Source: Spirochaetales bacterium (lineage in GTDB: Bacteria; Spirochaetota; Spirochaetia; JABEVK01). Taken from it: a stretch of 64,000 nt of DNA. Made by a program: the position numbers and the translations under genes. Below the pieces are notes generated by a model. It was not told the origin of the DNA. It searched no databases and worked only from the letters and a program-made list of their open reading frames with translations. The stretch is from contig JBAXAI010000008.1 of NCBI GenBank assembly GCA_037142615.1, forward strand, positions 32,001-96,000, written 5' to 3'. Positions 35,146 to 45,060 of the stretch are shown one piece after another. Position 1 is the stretch's first letter. Each line of letters starts with the position of its first letter.

Positions 35146-36468
35146 ATGCCCTACTACCTTTCCCTGGCGTTCAAGAACATCTTTCGCCAAAAAAAGCGCA
35201 GCTTCACCCTGGGAGTGAACTACTTCGTCGTCGCCATCCTCATGCTTCTTCTGTTGTCGTTTTCGGACGGCGTGAAAAAGAACTTTTCGGGCAACCTGAT
35301 CTCGGCCGCTGCCGGTCACCTGACGCTTTCGGGCGCCGTCGTCACCAAGGGCAAAACGCTGATCGGCGTTGCCGACTACCCCACCATCGTCAAGGTGATC
35401 GAAGCCGAGTACCCCGATGCCACCGTCCTGGCCCGCTACAAGCTTACCAGCACCGTGTACTACCTGGGCCAAAGCAAGAGCCTGAGCTTTCAGGGTATCG
35501 ATACCGCCAAAGACACCGCGCTCAAGGACCAACTGAGTTTCGTTGCCGGGAGCTGGGACGACTACGTGGCGCAAAATAACGGTGTGCTGATTTCGAAAGA
35601 CACCGCCGACTACCTCAAGCTGAAGCTAGACGACGAAGTGGTGATCAGCACCCGCACCCGGTTCGGGGCCTTCAACACAGGCACCATCCGCGTCAAGGGC
35701 ATCTACGAAAGCGCCAACTACTTCGTGCAGGGCATCGTGCTGTGCCATTTCGGCTTTTTGCAGGCCCTCGACCTGAACGACAAGCTTTCGGCGAGCAGCC
35801 TGTTTGTGTACTTCAAAAACACCGACGGCCTTGAGGCCAAGCGCGAGCATTTGCTCGGGGCGCTCGCCGACGCCGGGTACGTCACCTCGAAACCGGCCAG
35901 CAGTTCCGACGCGATTTCGGTCGTGGCGGCCGCCACACCCCAGTACAAGGTGGAAGGCGCCGACGTGAACGAATACCGCCTGACCATCGCTACCGTCAAC
36001 GAGGTCATCGCCATCCTGGCGCAGGTGCTCGACGCGGTGAACGCCGCCGGCGGTTTCCTGGCCGGTATCATGCTGTTCATCATCGCCATCTCGATTTTCA
36101 TCAACATGCGTATGACCATCAACGACCGCATGCAAGAGATCGGCACCCTGCGCGCCATCGGGACCGAGACCAAGGACATCGTGCTCATGCTGATCTTCGA
36201 GAACGTGTTCCTCAGCTTGCTGTTTGTGCTGGCCGGTTTGGCGACGGCGCTGCTGATCATCGCGTTCGTCAGCAACGTGCTCAGTCTGCCGCCGGCCGGA
36301 ATCCTCAGCCTCTTCCTCGACCAGGGGCATCTGGTGCTCATCCCGACCCTCGGCTCGCTGAGCCTGATTCTCGCGGTGGCCTTCGTGTTCACCGGCCTGT
36401 TCTCGTTCTTCCCGGCGCGCCACGGGGGCAAAGTCCGGGCGGCCGTCGCCCTGTCCAAAACCTACTGA
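35146..36468 (+). CDS. FtsX/MacB-like ABC permease
   Basis: Same topology; DRMQEIGTLRAIG motif. Confidence 0.88.
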   Translation: MPYYLSLAFKNIFRQKKRSFTLGVNYFVVAILMLLLLSFSDGVKKNFSGNLISAAAGHLTLSGAVVTKGKTLIGVADYPTIVKVIEAEYPDATVLARYKLTSTVYYLGQSKSLSFQGIDTAKDTALKDQLSFVAGSWDDYVAQNNGVLISKDTADYLKLKLDDEVVISTRTRFGAFNTGTIRVKGIYESANYFVQGIVLCHFGFLQALDLNDKLSASSLFVYFKNTDGLEAKREHLLGALADAGYVTSKPASSSDAISVVAAATPQYKVEGADVNEYRLTIATVNEVIAILAQVLDAVNAAGGFLAGIMLFIIAISIFINMRMTINDRMQEIGTLRAIGTETKDIVLMLIFENVFLSLLFVLAGLATALLIIAFVSNVLSLPPAGILSLFLDQGHLVLIPTLGSLSLILAVAFVFTGLFSFFPARHGGKVRAAVALSKTY

Positions 36469-36482
36469 TGCAAGGAGTTATC

Positions 36483-37247
36483 ATGAAATTCATTCTTACC
36501 GCAGGCTTCGGCCTGCTGTTGCTGACCTTCGGACCGGCCGCGATGGCCCAGGATGCCGGCGCCGAAGGCACCAAGCTCATCCTCGACGTGCAAGACAAGA
36601 TCAACACCGAGGCCCTCGACCTGACGAGCACCTTCACGCTGGTGCAAAAAAAGGAAGGCGAGGCCGACCGCGTGCTGCGCCTCAAGATCTTCCGCCGCGA
36701 CACGGCCAGCAAGTTCACCATTCTGTTCCAGTACCCCGACAGCGAAAAGGGCAAGGGGTACTACCGCGACGGTGACAACCTGTACTTGTACCTGCCCAGC
36801 ACCCGCGAGTTTGTGTTCCGCAACCGCAAAGACGACGTGGGCAGCACCGACGTGCGAACCGACCTGTTCGGCAAGCAGGACCTTTTGAGTCAGTACACGG
36901 CCAAGGTGGTCGGCAGCGAGAAGATCGCCAAGTTCGACACCACGGTGGTTCAGCTCGATGCAAAAACTCTCGACGTCAGTTTTCCGATCCAGAAGTGGTA
37001 TCTCAACAAGGCCAACAACCTGCCCGTCAAGGTCGAAAACTACTCGGCGAGCAAGACCTTGCTGCGCACCACCTACTACGTGGACTTCAAGGAAGTCGCC
37101 AAGGGCAAGTTCCTGTTCACCAAGCTCCTGGCCAAGAACAATCTCGAGAAGAACCAAAGTACGCTGCTGAGCAACGACGATATCGTCGTATCGAAGATCC
37201 CCGACTACACGTTCAGCCAGGCGTTCTTGGAAGAACAGTCCCGCTAA
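36483..37247 (+). CDS. Outer-membrane lipoprotein-sorting (LolA-like) protein
   Basis: Signal peptide; F.YP..EKGK.Y...GDNLYLYLP, GSTD...D pattern; AAGGAG SD before ATG 36483. Confidence 0.75.
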   Translation: MKFILTAGFGLLLLTFGPAAMAQDAGAEGTKLILDVQDKINTEALDLTSTFTLVQKKEGEADRVLRLKIFRRDTASKFTILFQYPDSEKGKGYYRDGDNLYLYLPSTREFVFRNRKDDVGSTDVRTDLFGKQDLLSQYTAKVVGSEKIAKFDTTVVQLDAKTLDVSFPIQKWYLNKANNLPVKVENYSASKTLLRTTYYVDFKEVAKGKFLFTKLLAKNNLEKNQSTLLSNDDIVVSKIPDYTFSQAFLEEQSR

Positions 37248-37256
37248 GGAGCCGCG

Positions 37257-38483
37257 ATGAAACCCTACCTTTCTTTTGTGACCGCGATGGCCCTCGCGGC
37301 CTCGCTGGTGGCCCAAGACGCGAGCGACGAGGATATTTTCGCCGAGGGGGCCTTTGACCAGGCGGTGACCACCAGCCAGGTCTCGGCAGAAGCGACAAAG
37401 CTGAGCTGGCTGGGGGGAGTTTCGGTGCAGTCCGACAACTCAATCATTGTGCCGGCCGATCATTCGATCTATGGGGCTCAGTCGCTGGTGGCGGGCAAGG
37501 CGTTCCTGAAGGCCGACAAACCCGACTTGGGGCAACTGTTTATCAGCTATGCCTTTAACCACACTTGGGCCACGTCGACCAACGACGCGGGCTTTCGCAC
37601 CGGCTTCTCGCAGGCGGCGCCCTCGCTCGATACGCCCAAGTTCCAACTGTCGGAGTTTCACCTGAGCTTCGACGCCAACAAGGTCGTCTTCTTCCGGCTG
37701 GGAAACCAGTTGGTCAATTGGGGCTCGGCGTTCTTTTGGAGTCCGGCCGACTTTGTGAACCAGAGGCCGGCCGATGCCCAGGCGGCCATCGACACCCGAA
37801 CAGGTAAGCCGGGGCTGAGGGTGCACGTGCCGTTCGCGGTGGGCAACTTCTTCGCATTTGCCGACCTTTCGCAGAGCCTCGACGCCAGCGGACTGCCGCA
37901 GGACCTGCTCGAAAAAGGCAGCGCGGCAGCGAGGGTCGACACCACGCTCTTGGGGTTCAACGTTGGTGTGCAAGGTTCGTACGGCAAGACGGCCAAACCT
38001 CAGGCCGGAGCCACCTTCAGCGGGCGACTGTTGGGCATCGACCTTTGGGGCGAATACGGCGCCACCCTGCCCGTCAATGATTTCACGTACAGTTGGGCGG
38101 CCAGCCTGGGCGGAGAAAAGACCTGGGAGGACTGGACCTTGCGGGGCGAGTACTTTGAAAACCCCGACGGGCACGTCGACGCCGAGTTGACCTTCCAACT
38201 GCTCAAGGACTTTACGCCGTTCCGTTGGGGCCAGCGCTACGCGTTTGCCTCGCTTTCCAAGGCGAAGTTGGTGGGGGACGCGATCGACGCCTCGGTGACC
38301 GGCATCGGCAATCTGACCGACGGCTCGTACACCGTGACCACGTCAGTGAGCACGCACTTTGCCAAAACCGTGCCGTTCAGCCTGAGCGCCCGCTACAACG
38401 GTGGCCCCGCCAAGCGTGAGTTCACGCTGCAGAATGGCACCGACGCGTGGACGTTCAGTCTCAAGAGTGTGCTGGAGTTTTAA
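37257..38483 (+). CDS. Putative outer-membrane beta-barrel protein
   Basis: Signal peptide; RLG.Q.V.WG.A.FWSP.D motif; C-terminal Phe (SVLEF). Confidence 0.7.
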   Translation: MKPYLSFVTAMALAASLVAQDASDEDIFAEGAFDQAVTTSQVSAEATKLSWLGGVSVQSDNSIIVPADHSIYGAQSLVAGKAFLKADKPDLGQLFISYAFNHTWATSTNDAGFRTGFSQAAPSLDTPKFQLSEFHLSFDANKVVFFRLGNQLVNWGSAFFWSPADFVNQRPADAQAAIDTRTGKPGLRVHVPFAVGNFFAFADLSQSLDASGLPQDLLEKGSAAARVDTTLLGFNVGVQGSYGKTAKPQAGATFSGRLLGIDLWGEYGATLPVNDFTYSWAASLGGEKTWEDWTLRGEYFENPDGHVDAELTFQLLKDFTPFRWGQRYAFASLSKAKLVGDAIDASVTGIGNLTDGSYTVTTSVSTHFAKTVPFSLSARYNGGPAKREFTLQNGTDAWTFSLKSVLEF

Positions 38484-39150
38484 AGTCGAGGTAGTGGGTC
38501 GTGGTCTTCGAGAGGTCCCAGTAGTACCCGCGCAACGCTGCCGGCATGAGGGCAGCGAGCTGGTACATCATCTCGTCGGCCATCGCCTGCCGGGCTTCCG
38601 AGGTCCATTTGCCACCTTCTGGTCGTTTGACGATGAACGGGAGGCCGACGCGCAGACCAACCACAGGTTTTCGCAGGTGGGCGAGCTGCCCAAAAATGCC
38701 CTGGCAGCCCCAGTTGGCAATCGGGTAGATCGGCACCTGCCGTTCACTGGCAAAGTACGTTGCGCCGGGCAGGGCACGCAACAGCACCCCGGTCTTGCTC
38801 CGCTTGCCTTCCGGGGCGATGCAAAGAAACTTTCGGTCGTCGAGTACCTTCCAGCTGCGGGCCATGGCCTGACGGTCGAGCCGTCCGCGATGCAACGGGA
38901 TGGCCTTCCACGCCTGCATGAGCATCCGTGTGGCGAAGAACTTCCACAGCTCAGCTTTGGCCATGGCGATGGTGGGGCGCGGGCGCATCATCACGTACAG
39001 CAAAGGCCCTTCCAGGTTCGACGTGTGGTTGGTGATGATGACGCCAGGGCCGACCGGCGGCAAGCGACGCATCCCCTGCACGTCGAGGCGGCAGAGCAAG
39101 CGGAACAAGTAAAAGATGACAAAATTGACGAGGGCTTCGCGGGGTTGCAT
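38461..39150 (-). CDS. Lysophospholipid acyltransferase (PlsC-like)
   Basis: NHTSNLE (HX4E variant), AK.EL, and APEG.RS motifs. Confidence 0.85.
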   Translation of the reverse strand: MQPREALVNFVIFYLFRLLCRLDVQGMRRLPPVGPGVIITNHTSNLEGPLLYVMMRPRPTIAMAKAELWKFFATRMLMQAWKAIPLHRGRLDRQAMARSWKVLDDRKFLCIAPEGKRSKTGVLLRALPGATYFASERQVPIYPIANWGCQGIFGQLAHLRKPVVGLRVGLPFIVKRPEGGKWTSEARQAMADEMMYQLAALMPAALRGYYWDLSKTTTHYLDFKTPAHS

Positions 39151-39818
39151 CAGAAGTAAATCTCCGTATGTATTCTAGCTTCCGCAACGCCTTTGTCTAC
39201 CAGAATCGGTAGTGCCTGCGCGATCATGCGTGCATTTCCGCACAGATAGGCCCGGTCGTAGGCGTTGGGCTCAAGTGCTTCCAACCAACCGGTGAGCCGG
39301 CCACTTCGCTGGGGGCCCCTGGGGGTCCATGGAGCAGACGGCGCCGACACGCACACCACCCGACGCTCGGCAGGGCAGAACTCGGCGGCAAAGTCATCCG
39401 CGAGGGTACGAACGCCGTGCACCAGAAAATAGTCCAATTCGGGGTTTGACCGCACAAAGGAACGGAAGGGCGCGACCCCGGTTCCGGTGGCCAAAAGAAG
39501 GAGCCGCTCGAGCGGGTGGGCCTTGGCGAGAGTAAAACGCCCTTTCGGCGCTTCGACGACCACCCGGTCGCCCGGCTCCAAGCGCGCCAGCCTCGGCGTA
39601 AGCTGCCCGCCTTCGACCCTCCGCACCAGAATCTCAAGCCAAGGATCGTCCTCACCGGAGTAGAGCGAATAGGCCCGGCTTTCGGTGCCCGGCAGGCTCA
39701 CCTGAAGATGACGCCCCGCCTTCACCGGGTCATTCCGTCGTTCCAACCGAAGAACAAAGGCATCTTCCGAAAGCAGTTGCTTGCCAAGAACCCGGCGGGG
39801 CAGAACGAGATCAAACAT
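39150..39818 (-). CDS. FAD/NAD(P)-binding oxidoreductase (ferredoxin-NADP reductase-like)
   Basis: RAYS, G.LT..L, ATGTGVAPF, YLCGN..MI motifs and C-terminal E.YF. Confidence 0.88.
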   Translation of the reverse strand: MFDLVLPRRVLGKQLLSEDAFVLRLERRNDPVKAGRHLQVSLPGTESRAYSLYSGEDDPWLEILVRRVEGGQLTPRLARLEPGDRVVVEAPKGRFTLAKAHPLERLLLLATGTGVAPFRSFVRSNPELDYFLVHGVRTLADDFAAEFCPAERRVVCVSAPSAPWTPRGPQRSGRLTGWLEALEPNAYDRAYLCGNARMIAQALPILVDKGVAEARIHTEIYF

Positions 39819-39861
39819 GGATTCTGAATCTACCCTTCTGCCCGCCCTTGATCAAGGTTCA

Positions 39862-39890
39862 TTGACAAATCCTGAGGGCAACTGTAGGCT
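39862..39890 (+). promoter_or_regulatory. Sigma70 promoter for cimA
   Basis: TTGACA-17 nt-TAGGCT. Confidence 0.6.
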
Positions 39891-39904
39891 TTTTCGGCGG
39901 CATT

Positions 39905-41536
39905 GTGTCCGCGAAGGCGGTCAGCGTGGACAAGGTTTTTCTTTTCGACACGACCCTGAGGGACGGGATGCAGGGAACCGGCATCAACTACACCCTCAAG
40001 GACAAGCTCGAAATTGCCCGGCGCCTCGACGAGACCGGAATGGATTACATCGAAGGGGGCTTCCCGCTCGCCAACGAGAAAGAGGCCGAGTTCTTCCGCA
40101 TCCTCAAAAGGGAGCCGCTGACCAAGGCGCGGCTGGCGGCCTTTGGCTCGACCCGCAAGCCAGGCAACAAGGCAGCCTCGGATCCCCACGTCCAGGCCCT
40201 GCTTGCCGCTGAAACGCCGGTGGTGGTGATTGTGGGAAAAGCGTGGATGCTGCACGTCGAGTCGGTGCTCGGCACCACGGCCGAAGAGAACTTGGCGATG
40301 ATCGACGATTCCATCCGCACGCTCAAGGCCGAAGGACGCGAAGTCATTTTCGATCTGGAGCACTTTTTCGACGGCTGGAAGGTTCACCCCGACTACAGCC
40401 GAACGGTGTTGCAAACGGCCCAGGACGCGGGCGCCGACTGGCTGGTGCCTTGCGATACCAACGGAGGCACGCTGGTGAGCGAAGTCGAGGCTATTTACCG
40501 GTCGCTGGCGGCCATGGCCGGGGCAAAGGGAAGGGCCTTGCGTTTGGGAGCGCACTTTCATAACGACTTGGGTGTGGGGGTAGCCAATTCTCTCACCGCC
40601 GTCGAACACGGGGCCCGACAAGTACAAGGCACCATCAACGGCTGGGGCGAACGCTGCGGCAACGCCAACCTGTGTTCCATCGCGCCCAGCCTGAGCCTCA
40701 AAATGCCCTACACGATCGCGCTCGACCTGGGCCGACTGACCGAGCTTTCCCGTTACGTGAGCGAAAAGGCCAACATGATCCCCGACCGGCGCCAACCCTT
40801 TGTCGGCGAAGCGGCCTTCAGCCACAAGGCGGGCCAGCACGCCGATGTGCTCCAAAAGGCCCAAGACCTGCAGAAGGCAGGCTTCACCCACGGCGGGATG
40901 ATGGAGCACATGGACCCCAGCCTGGTGGGCAACACCCGCCGTATCCTGCTGTCGGAACTCGCCGGCAAGTCCACCGTCGCGATGAAACTCGGAAAGTTCG
41001 GCGCCTTCGACAAGAGCAGCAAGGAAGTGGCCGAACTCACGAAGCTTCTCAAGGACAAAGAGAGCGCTGGTTACGAGTACGAGGCTGCCGAGGCGAGTTT
41101 TGAGCTGCTGGTGCTGAAAGTGCTCGGCCGGTATCAACAACTGTTCGAGCTCGACAACTACCATCTGGAAAGCTACAAAACCTGGGACCGCGACAGCCAG
41201 ACGGTCGGCCGGATTTTCCTGACCGCGCAGGGCAAGCGCTCCATGGGCGCCGCCGTGGGTGTTGGACCGGTAGGAGTGCTCGACAAAGCGCTGCGCAACG
41301 CCCTCGAGGCGAGCTTCCCTTTTGTGCAGTCGCTGTCGCTGACCGACTTCTCAGTGCGGGTGCTCAACGCCGATCAGGAAGCCAGCGACAGCCGGGTGCG
41401 GGTGTTCATCAGTTGGTCCGACGGTGAGCGCACCTGGGATACCGTGGGCGTGCACGAGAACATCATCGAGGCATCGTGGCAGGCGCTGGTCGACAGCTTC
41501 GAGTATTATTGGTTGGCTTTCATCCAACCGAGTTAA
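39905..41536 (+). CDS. cimA: Citramalate synthase
   Basis: DTTLRDG.Q, IEGG.P..N, AFGSTR, FD.EHFFDG, HFHND, GERCGNANL, SELAG and YE.A.ASFEL motifs. Confidence 0.88.
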   Translation: MSAKAVSVDKVFLFDTTLRDGMQGTGINYTLKDKLEIARRLDETGMDYIEGGFPLANEKEAEFFRILKREPLTKARLAAFGSTRKPGNKAASDPHVQALLAAETPVVVIVGKAWMLHVESVLGTTAEENLAMIDDSIRTLKAEGREVIFDLEHFFDGWKVHPDYSRTVLQTAQDAGADWLVPCDTNGGTLVSEVEAIYRSLAAMAGAKGRALRLGAHFHNDLGVGVANSLTAVEHGARQVQGTINGWGERCGNANLCSIAPSLSLKMPYTIALDLGRLTELSRYVSEKANMIPDRRQPFVGEAAFSHKAGQHADVLQKAQDLQKAGFTHGGMMEHMDPSLVGNTRRILLSELAGKSTVAMKLGKFGAFDKSSKEVAELTKLLKDKESAGYEYEAAEASFELLVLKVLGRYQQLFELDNYHLESYKTWDRDSQTVGRIFLTAQGKRSMGAAVGVGPVGVLDKALRNALEASFPFVQSLSLTDFSVRVLNADQEASDSRVRVFISWSDGERTWDTVGVHENIIEASWQALVDSFEYYWLAFIQPS

Positions 41537-42851
41537 CCATGGTCACCGGCTGACGGGTGGCCTCGATCACGTCGCGCCACAGGCTCCCCTTGGGATTCAC
41601 GTAATTCCGGTTCTTCGTGGCCATTTTGATGGGCACGTGAACAAACTTGTTGCTCCACAACGAGACCAGCATTTTGGTGCGCCCGGTCATCGCCGCATGA
41701 ACGGCGTTGGCGCCCAGGCGCGCGCAGTAGAGCGAGTCGTTCGGGTCGGCAGGAGCCGAGCGGATGATGTAGCTGGGGTCGATGTAGCGAAGGTTGACTT
41801 CCATCTTTTCGGCCTTGAAATACTCGCTGATCTTGTCGCGCAGGTAGACCCCGATGTCGGCCAGCTTCTTGTTGCCTGAGGCGTCCTTCTCGTCGGTCTC
41901 GGCCAGATACTTCTGACCGGCTCCTTCAGCGACAATGATGACCGCGTGCTTGCGGGCCAACAGTCGCTTCTTGAGCGCAGCCAGGAAGCCACTGGGCCCG
42001 TCGAGGTCAAAGTCGACCTCGGGAATCAGCACGAAATTGACCTCGGTGGAAGCCAGCGCGGTGTGGCTGGCGATGAAACCCGAGTCGCGGCCCATCACTT
42101 TGACCAAGCCGATGCCGTGAATGGCGGCGTCGGCCTCGACGTGGGCGCCAGTGACGACCTGAACAGCTTTGCTGACCGCCGTCTCAAAACCGAAAGACTT
42201 CTGGATGAAGCTGAGGTCGTTGTCGATGGTTTTGGGCACGCCGACAACGGCCACGCGCAGGTTGCGGCGCTCAATCTCTTCGGCCAGCGCGAGAGCGGCC
42301 TTCTGGGTGCCGTCGCCCCCGATGGTGAACAGCATGTTGAGGTTCATGCGCTCGATGGCATCAACCACGGCCGGGATGTCGCCGCCACCGCGGCTGGAGC
42401 CGAGCATGGTGCCGCCGATCTTGTGAATGTCGTCGACGATATCGGGATTCAGTTCCACCACCGGGAAATTGTACTCGGGCAAAAAGCCCTTGAGACCGTA
42501 CTGAATGCCGGTGATCCGGCGTACGCCATACCCGTACCACAGATTGCGCACCAGCGAGCGGATCACGTCGTTGAGGCCCGGGCACAGGCCGCCGCAAGTG
42601 ACAATCGCGGCGTGGACGTGGTTGGGGTTGAAGTAGATTTTTTGCCGCGGGCCGGCCTTTTCCATCATGGTGCCGACGCCCTGGGGTGGGTTTTCCCTGC
42701 CCTGAAAGGCATACACATCCCAAACGATGAACTCGCTGTCGGTGACGTAGTTGCTGTGCACCAGACCGGTGGAATTGGCGTACTGAAGCGGGTTGTTCAG
42801 CTTGCATTCGCCTAGCGCTTCGATGGAGAAATCCAGCTCGTGCTCAATCAT
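41520..42851 (-). CDS. pfk: ATP-dependent 6-phosphofructokinase (group X)
   Basis: AGPR..IYF, TCGGLCPGLND, GGDGT (Gly indicates ATP), PKTIDND and MGRDSGFIA motifs; start placed at ATG 42851. Confidence 0.92.
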   Translation of the reverse strand: MIEHELDFSIEALGECKLNNPLQYANSTGLVHSNYVTDSEFIVWDVYAFQGRENPPQGVGTMMEKAGPRQKIYFNPNHVHAAIVTCGGLCPGLNDVIRSLVRNLWYGYGVRRITGIQYGLKGFLPEYNFPVVELNPDIVDDIHKIGGTMLGSSRGGGDIPAVVDAIERMNLNMLFTIGGDGTQKAALALAEEIERRNLRVAVVGVPKTIDNDLSFIQKSFGFETAVSKAVQVVTGAHVEADAAIHGIGLVKVMGRDSGFIASHTALASTEVNFVLIPEVDFDLDGPSGFLAALKKRLLARKHAVIIVAEGAGQKYLAETDEKDASGNKKLADIGVYLRDKISEYFKAEKMEVNLRYIDPSYIIRSAPADPNDSLYCARLGANAVHAAMTGRTKMLVSLWSNKFVHVPIKMATKNRNYVNPKGSLWRDVIEATRQPVTMVNSVG

Positions 42852-42957
42852 CGGGGTCCCCTTGATCTCAGAGTTCACCCCCATTGTTCCCTGAAAGGGC
42901 ACCCGCACGCAAGAGGGCTGGCTTGCGCTGGTTCTCGTGCTGGGCGATAATGGGACG

Positions 42958-45060
42958 ATGATCCAGACTGAACCCGGAAGTCCTTACGTCCTTGGTGCGA
43001 CTCCCGGCGACCGAGGGTGCAACTTTGCTCTGTTTTCCAAAAACGCCACCGCCGTGGAACTGCTGCTTTTTCCGAAGGCCGAGAGCTCTCTTCCCAGCGA
43101 ACGCCTGATTTTCGACAGCGTGGTGAACAAAACGGGCGATATCTGGCATATGTTCGTGCCGACCGTCGCCCCGGGTCAGCTGTATGGGTATTCGCTCGAA
43201 GGCCCCTGGGAGCCCCTGACTTCGGGCCACCGCTTCAACGCCGAGAAACTGCTGCTCGACCCGTACGGCAAGGCCGTCGTTGGCGGCCACGATTGGAATC
43301 GGCCAGAAGCCTACGCCTACGACTGGAACGATCCTCGCGGAGACCTGAGCCTGTCGCGCGTCAACAACTTCGCGGCGGCGGCGAAATCAGCCGTCGTTTC
43401 TTCCGACGCGTTTGACTGGGAGCGCGACAAACCCCTGAACATTCCGCTCAAGGACGCGGTGATCTACGAGACTCATGTGCGCTCGCTTACACGGGATGCC
43501 TCGGCCGGCTGCCAGGCTCCTGGCTCGTACCTGGCGTTGCGTGAGAAGATTCCCTACCTCAAGGACCTGGGCATCAACTGCGTGGAGCTTATGCCCATTC
43601 ACGAGTTCAACCCGAGCGAGAACACCAAGACCAACCCCGAGACCGGAGAACCCCTGGTGAACTTCTGGGGCTACTCGACGATGAACTTCTTCAGCCCGGC
43701 GTCGTGGTACGCTTCGGACGGCGACGGACGGACAGCCGTGAGCGAGTTCAAGGCTCTGGTGAAGGACTTCCATGAGTCCGGAATCGAAGTGATCCTCGAC
43801 GTCGTGTACAACCACACGGCCGAGGGCAACGAATACGGCCCAACTTTTTGCTTCCGGGGTCTCGACAACTCGATTTACTACATGCTCGAAGACAACCGTT
43901 TCTACAAGAACTACTCGGGCTGCGGCAACACCCTCAACTGCAACCATCCGGTGGTCCGACGGCTTATCCTCGATAGCCTGCGCTACTGGGTGGTCGACAT
44001 GCACGTCGATGGCTTCCGCTTTGATCTTGCGGCGATTTTGGGCAGAGGCGAAGAAGGGGAATGGATTCCGAACTACTCGGTACTCAACGACATCGCCAAC
44101 GACCCCATTCTCAGCAACAGCAAGATCATCGCTGAAGGCTGGGACGCGGCGGGTCTGTTCAAGGTGGGGGCCTTTCCCCGTGGATGGGCAGAGTGGAACT
44201 CGCACTACCGCGATGACATGCGCTCGTTGGTCAAGTCGGACTTCGGAGTGGTGCCCCGGGCCGCCACGCGCCTTTCGGGTTCTTCCGACCTGTTTCATGT
44301 GGCCAGCCGCCGCCCTTGGCACAGCATCAACTTTATCACGGCGCACGACGGGTTCACTCTGGCCGACCTGGTGAGCTATAGCTCCAAGCACAACTGGGCC
44401 AACGCCGAACACAACCAAGACGGAAACTCGCACAACCTGAGTTGGAATTGCGGCGTGGAAGGCCTTTCCCGCGACCCCGGCATTCAAGAAACCCGTCGTC
44501 GCCAGCGCCGCAACCTGATGACCCTCTTGTTGGTTTCGCAAGGCACACCGATGCTACAGGGAGGCGACGAGCTCGGTGCCACCAAGTTCGGCAACAACAA
44601 TACCTACTGTCACGATAACCGCCTCAACTGGATGGACTGGAGCCTGCTCGAGACGCAGCCCGAGTTCCACGCCTTCACCCGCTTTCTCATCCACTTCCGC
44701 AAGAACCATCCGGCCCTTCGACGCGAAGCCTTCTTCCAGGGTGGCAGCGACATCGAGTGGCGAAACCCTGCCGGAGCCTCGCCAGACTGGAACGACGCAG
44801 GGCTCTGCCTTTCGGCTCTGTTGCACGGCCGACGCGAAGCCACCCTGGCGACCCACGATGACAACAACCTGTTTCTGGCGCTGAACTTCCACTGGGAGGC
44901 CCGCAGCTTTGTGTTGCCGGTACCTGCACAGGGAAGACGCTGGACCGAAGTCGTCAATACCGCCACCGAACCGGGATTTTCGGCCCCCGAGTCGGGCCCG
45001 ACGGTCAGCGGCTCTGTTCGTCTGGATGGACGAAGTATCGTTGTCCTTGTGGAGGCCTAG
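42958..45060 (+). CDS. glgX: Glycogen debranching enzyme / isoamylase
   Basis: NFALFS, LLDPY, IYE.HV, NFWGY, DVVYNHT, GFRFDLA and NFITAHDGFTL motifs; TTGCGC-17-GATAAT promoter. Confidence 0.95.
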   Translation: MIQTEPGSPYVLGATPGDRGCNFALFSKNATAVELLLFPKAESSLPSERLIFDSVVNKTGDIWHMFVPTVAPGQLYGYSLEGPWEPLTSGHRFNAEKLLLDPYGKAVVGGHDWNRPEAYAYDWNDPRGDLSLSRVNNFAAAAKSAVVSSDAFDWERDKPLNIPLKDAVIYETHVRSLTRDASAGCQAPGSYLALREKIPYLKDLGINCVELMPIHEFNPSENTKTNPETGEPLVNFWGYSTMNFFSPASWYASDGDGRTAVSEFKALVKDFHESGIEVILDVVYNHTAEGNEYGPTFCFRGLDNSIYYMLEDNRFYKNYSGCGNTLNCNHPVVRRLILDSLRYWVVDMHVDGFRFDLAAILGRGEEGEWIPNYSVLNDIANDPILSNSKIIAEGWDAAGLFKVGAFPRGWAEWNSHYRDDMRSLVKSDFGVVPRAATRLSGSSDLFHVASRRPWHSINFITAHDGFTLADLVSYSSKHNWANAEHNQDGNSHNLSWNCGVEGLSRDPGIQETRRRQRRNLMTLLLVSQGTPMLQGGDELGATKFGNNNTYCHDNRLNWMDWSLLETQPEFHAFTRFLIHFRKNHPALRREAFFQGGSDIEWRNPAGASPDWNDAGLCLSALLHGRREATLATHDDNNLFLALNFHWEARSFVLPVPAQGRRWTEVVNTATEPGFSAPESGPTVSGSVRLDGRSIVVLVEA

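Noticed and set aside
17551-42851. Two phosphofructokinases (PPi and ATP) in one window
   Set aside because: Co-occurrence is established in spirochetes, so it is not novel
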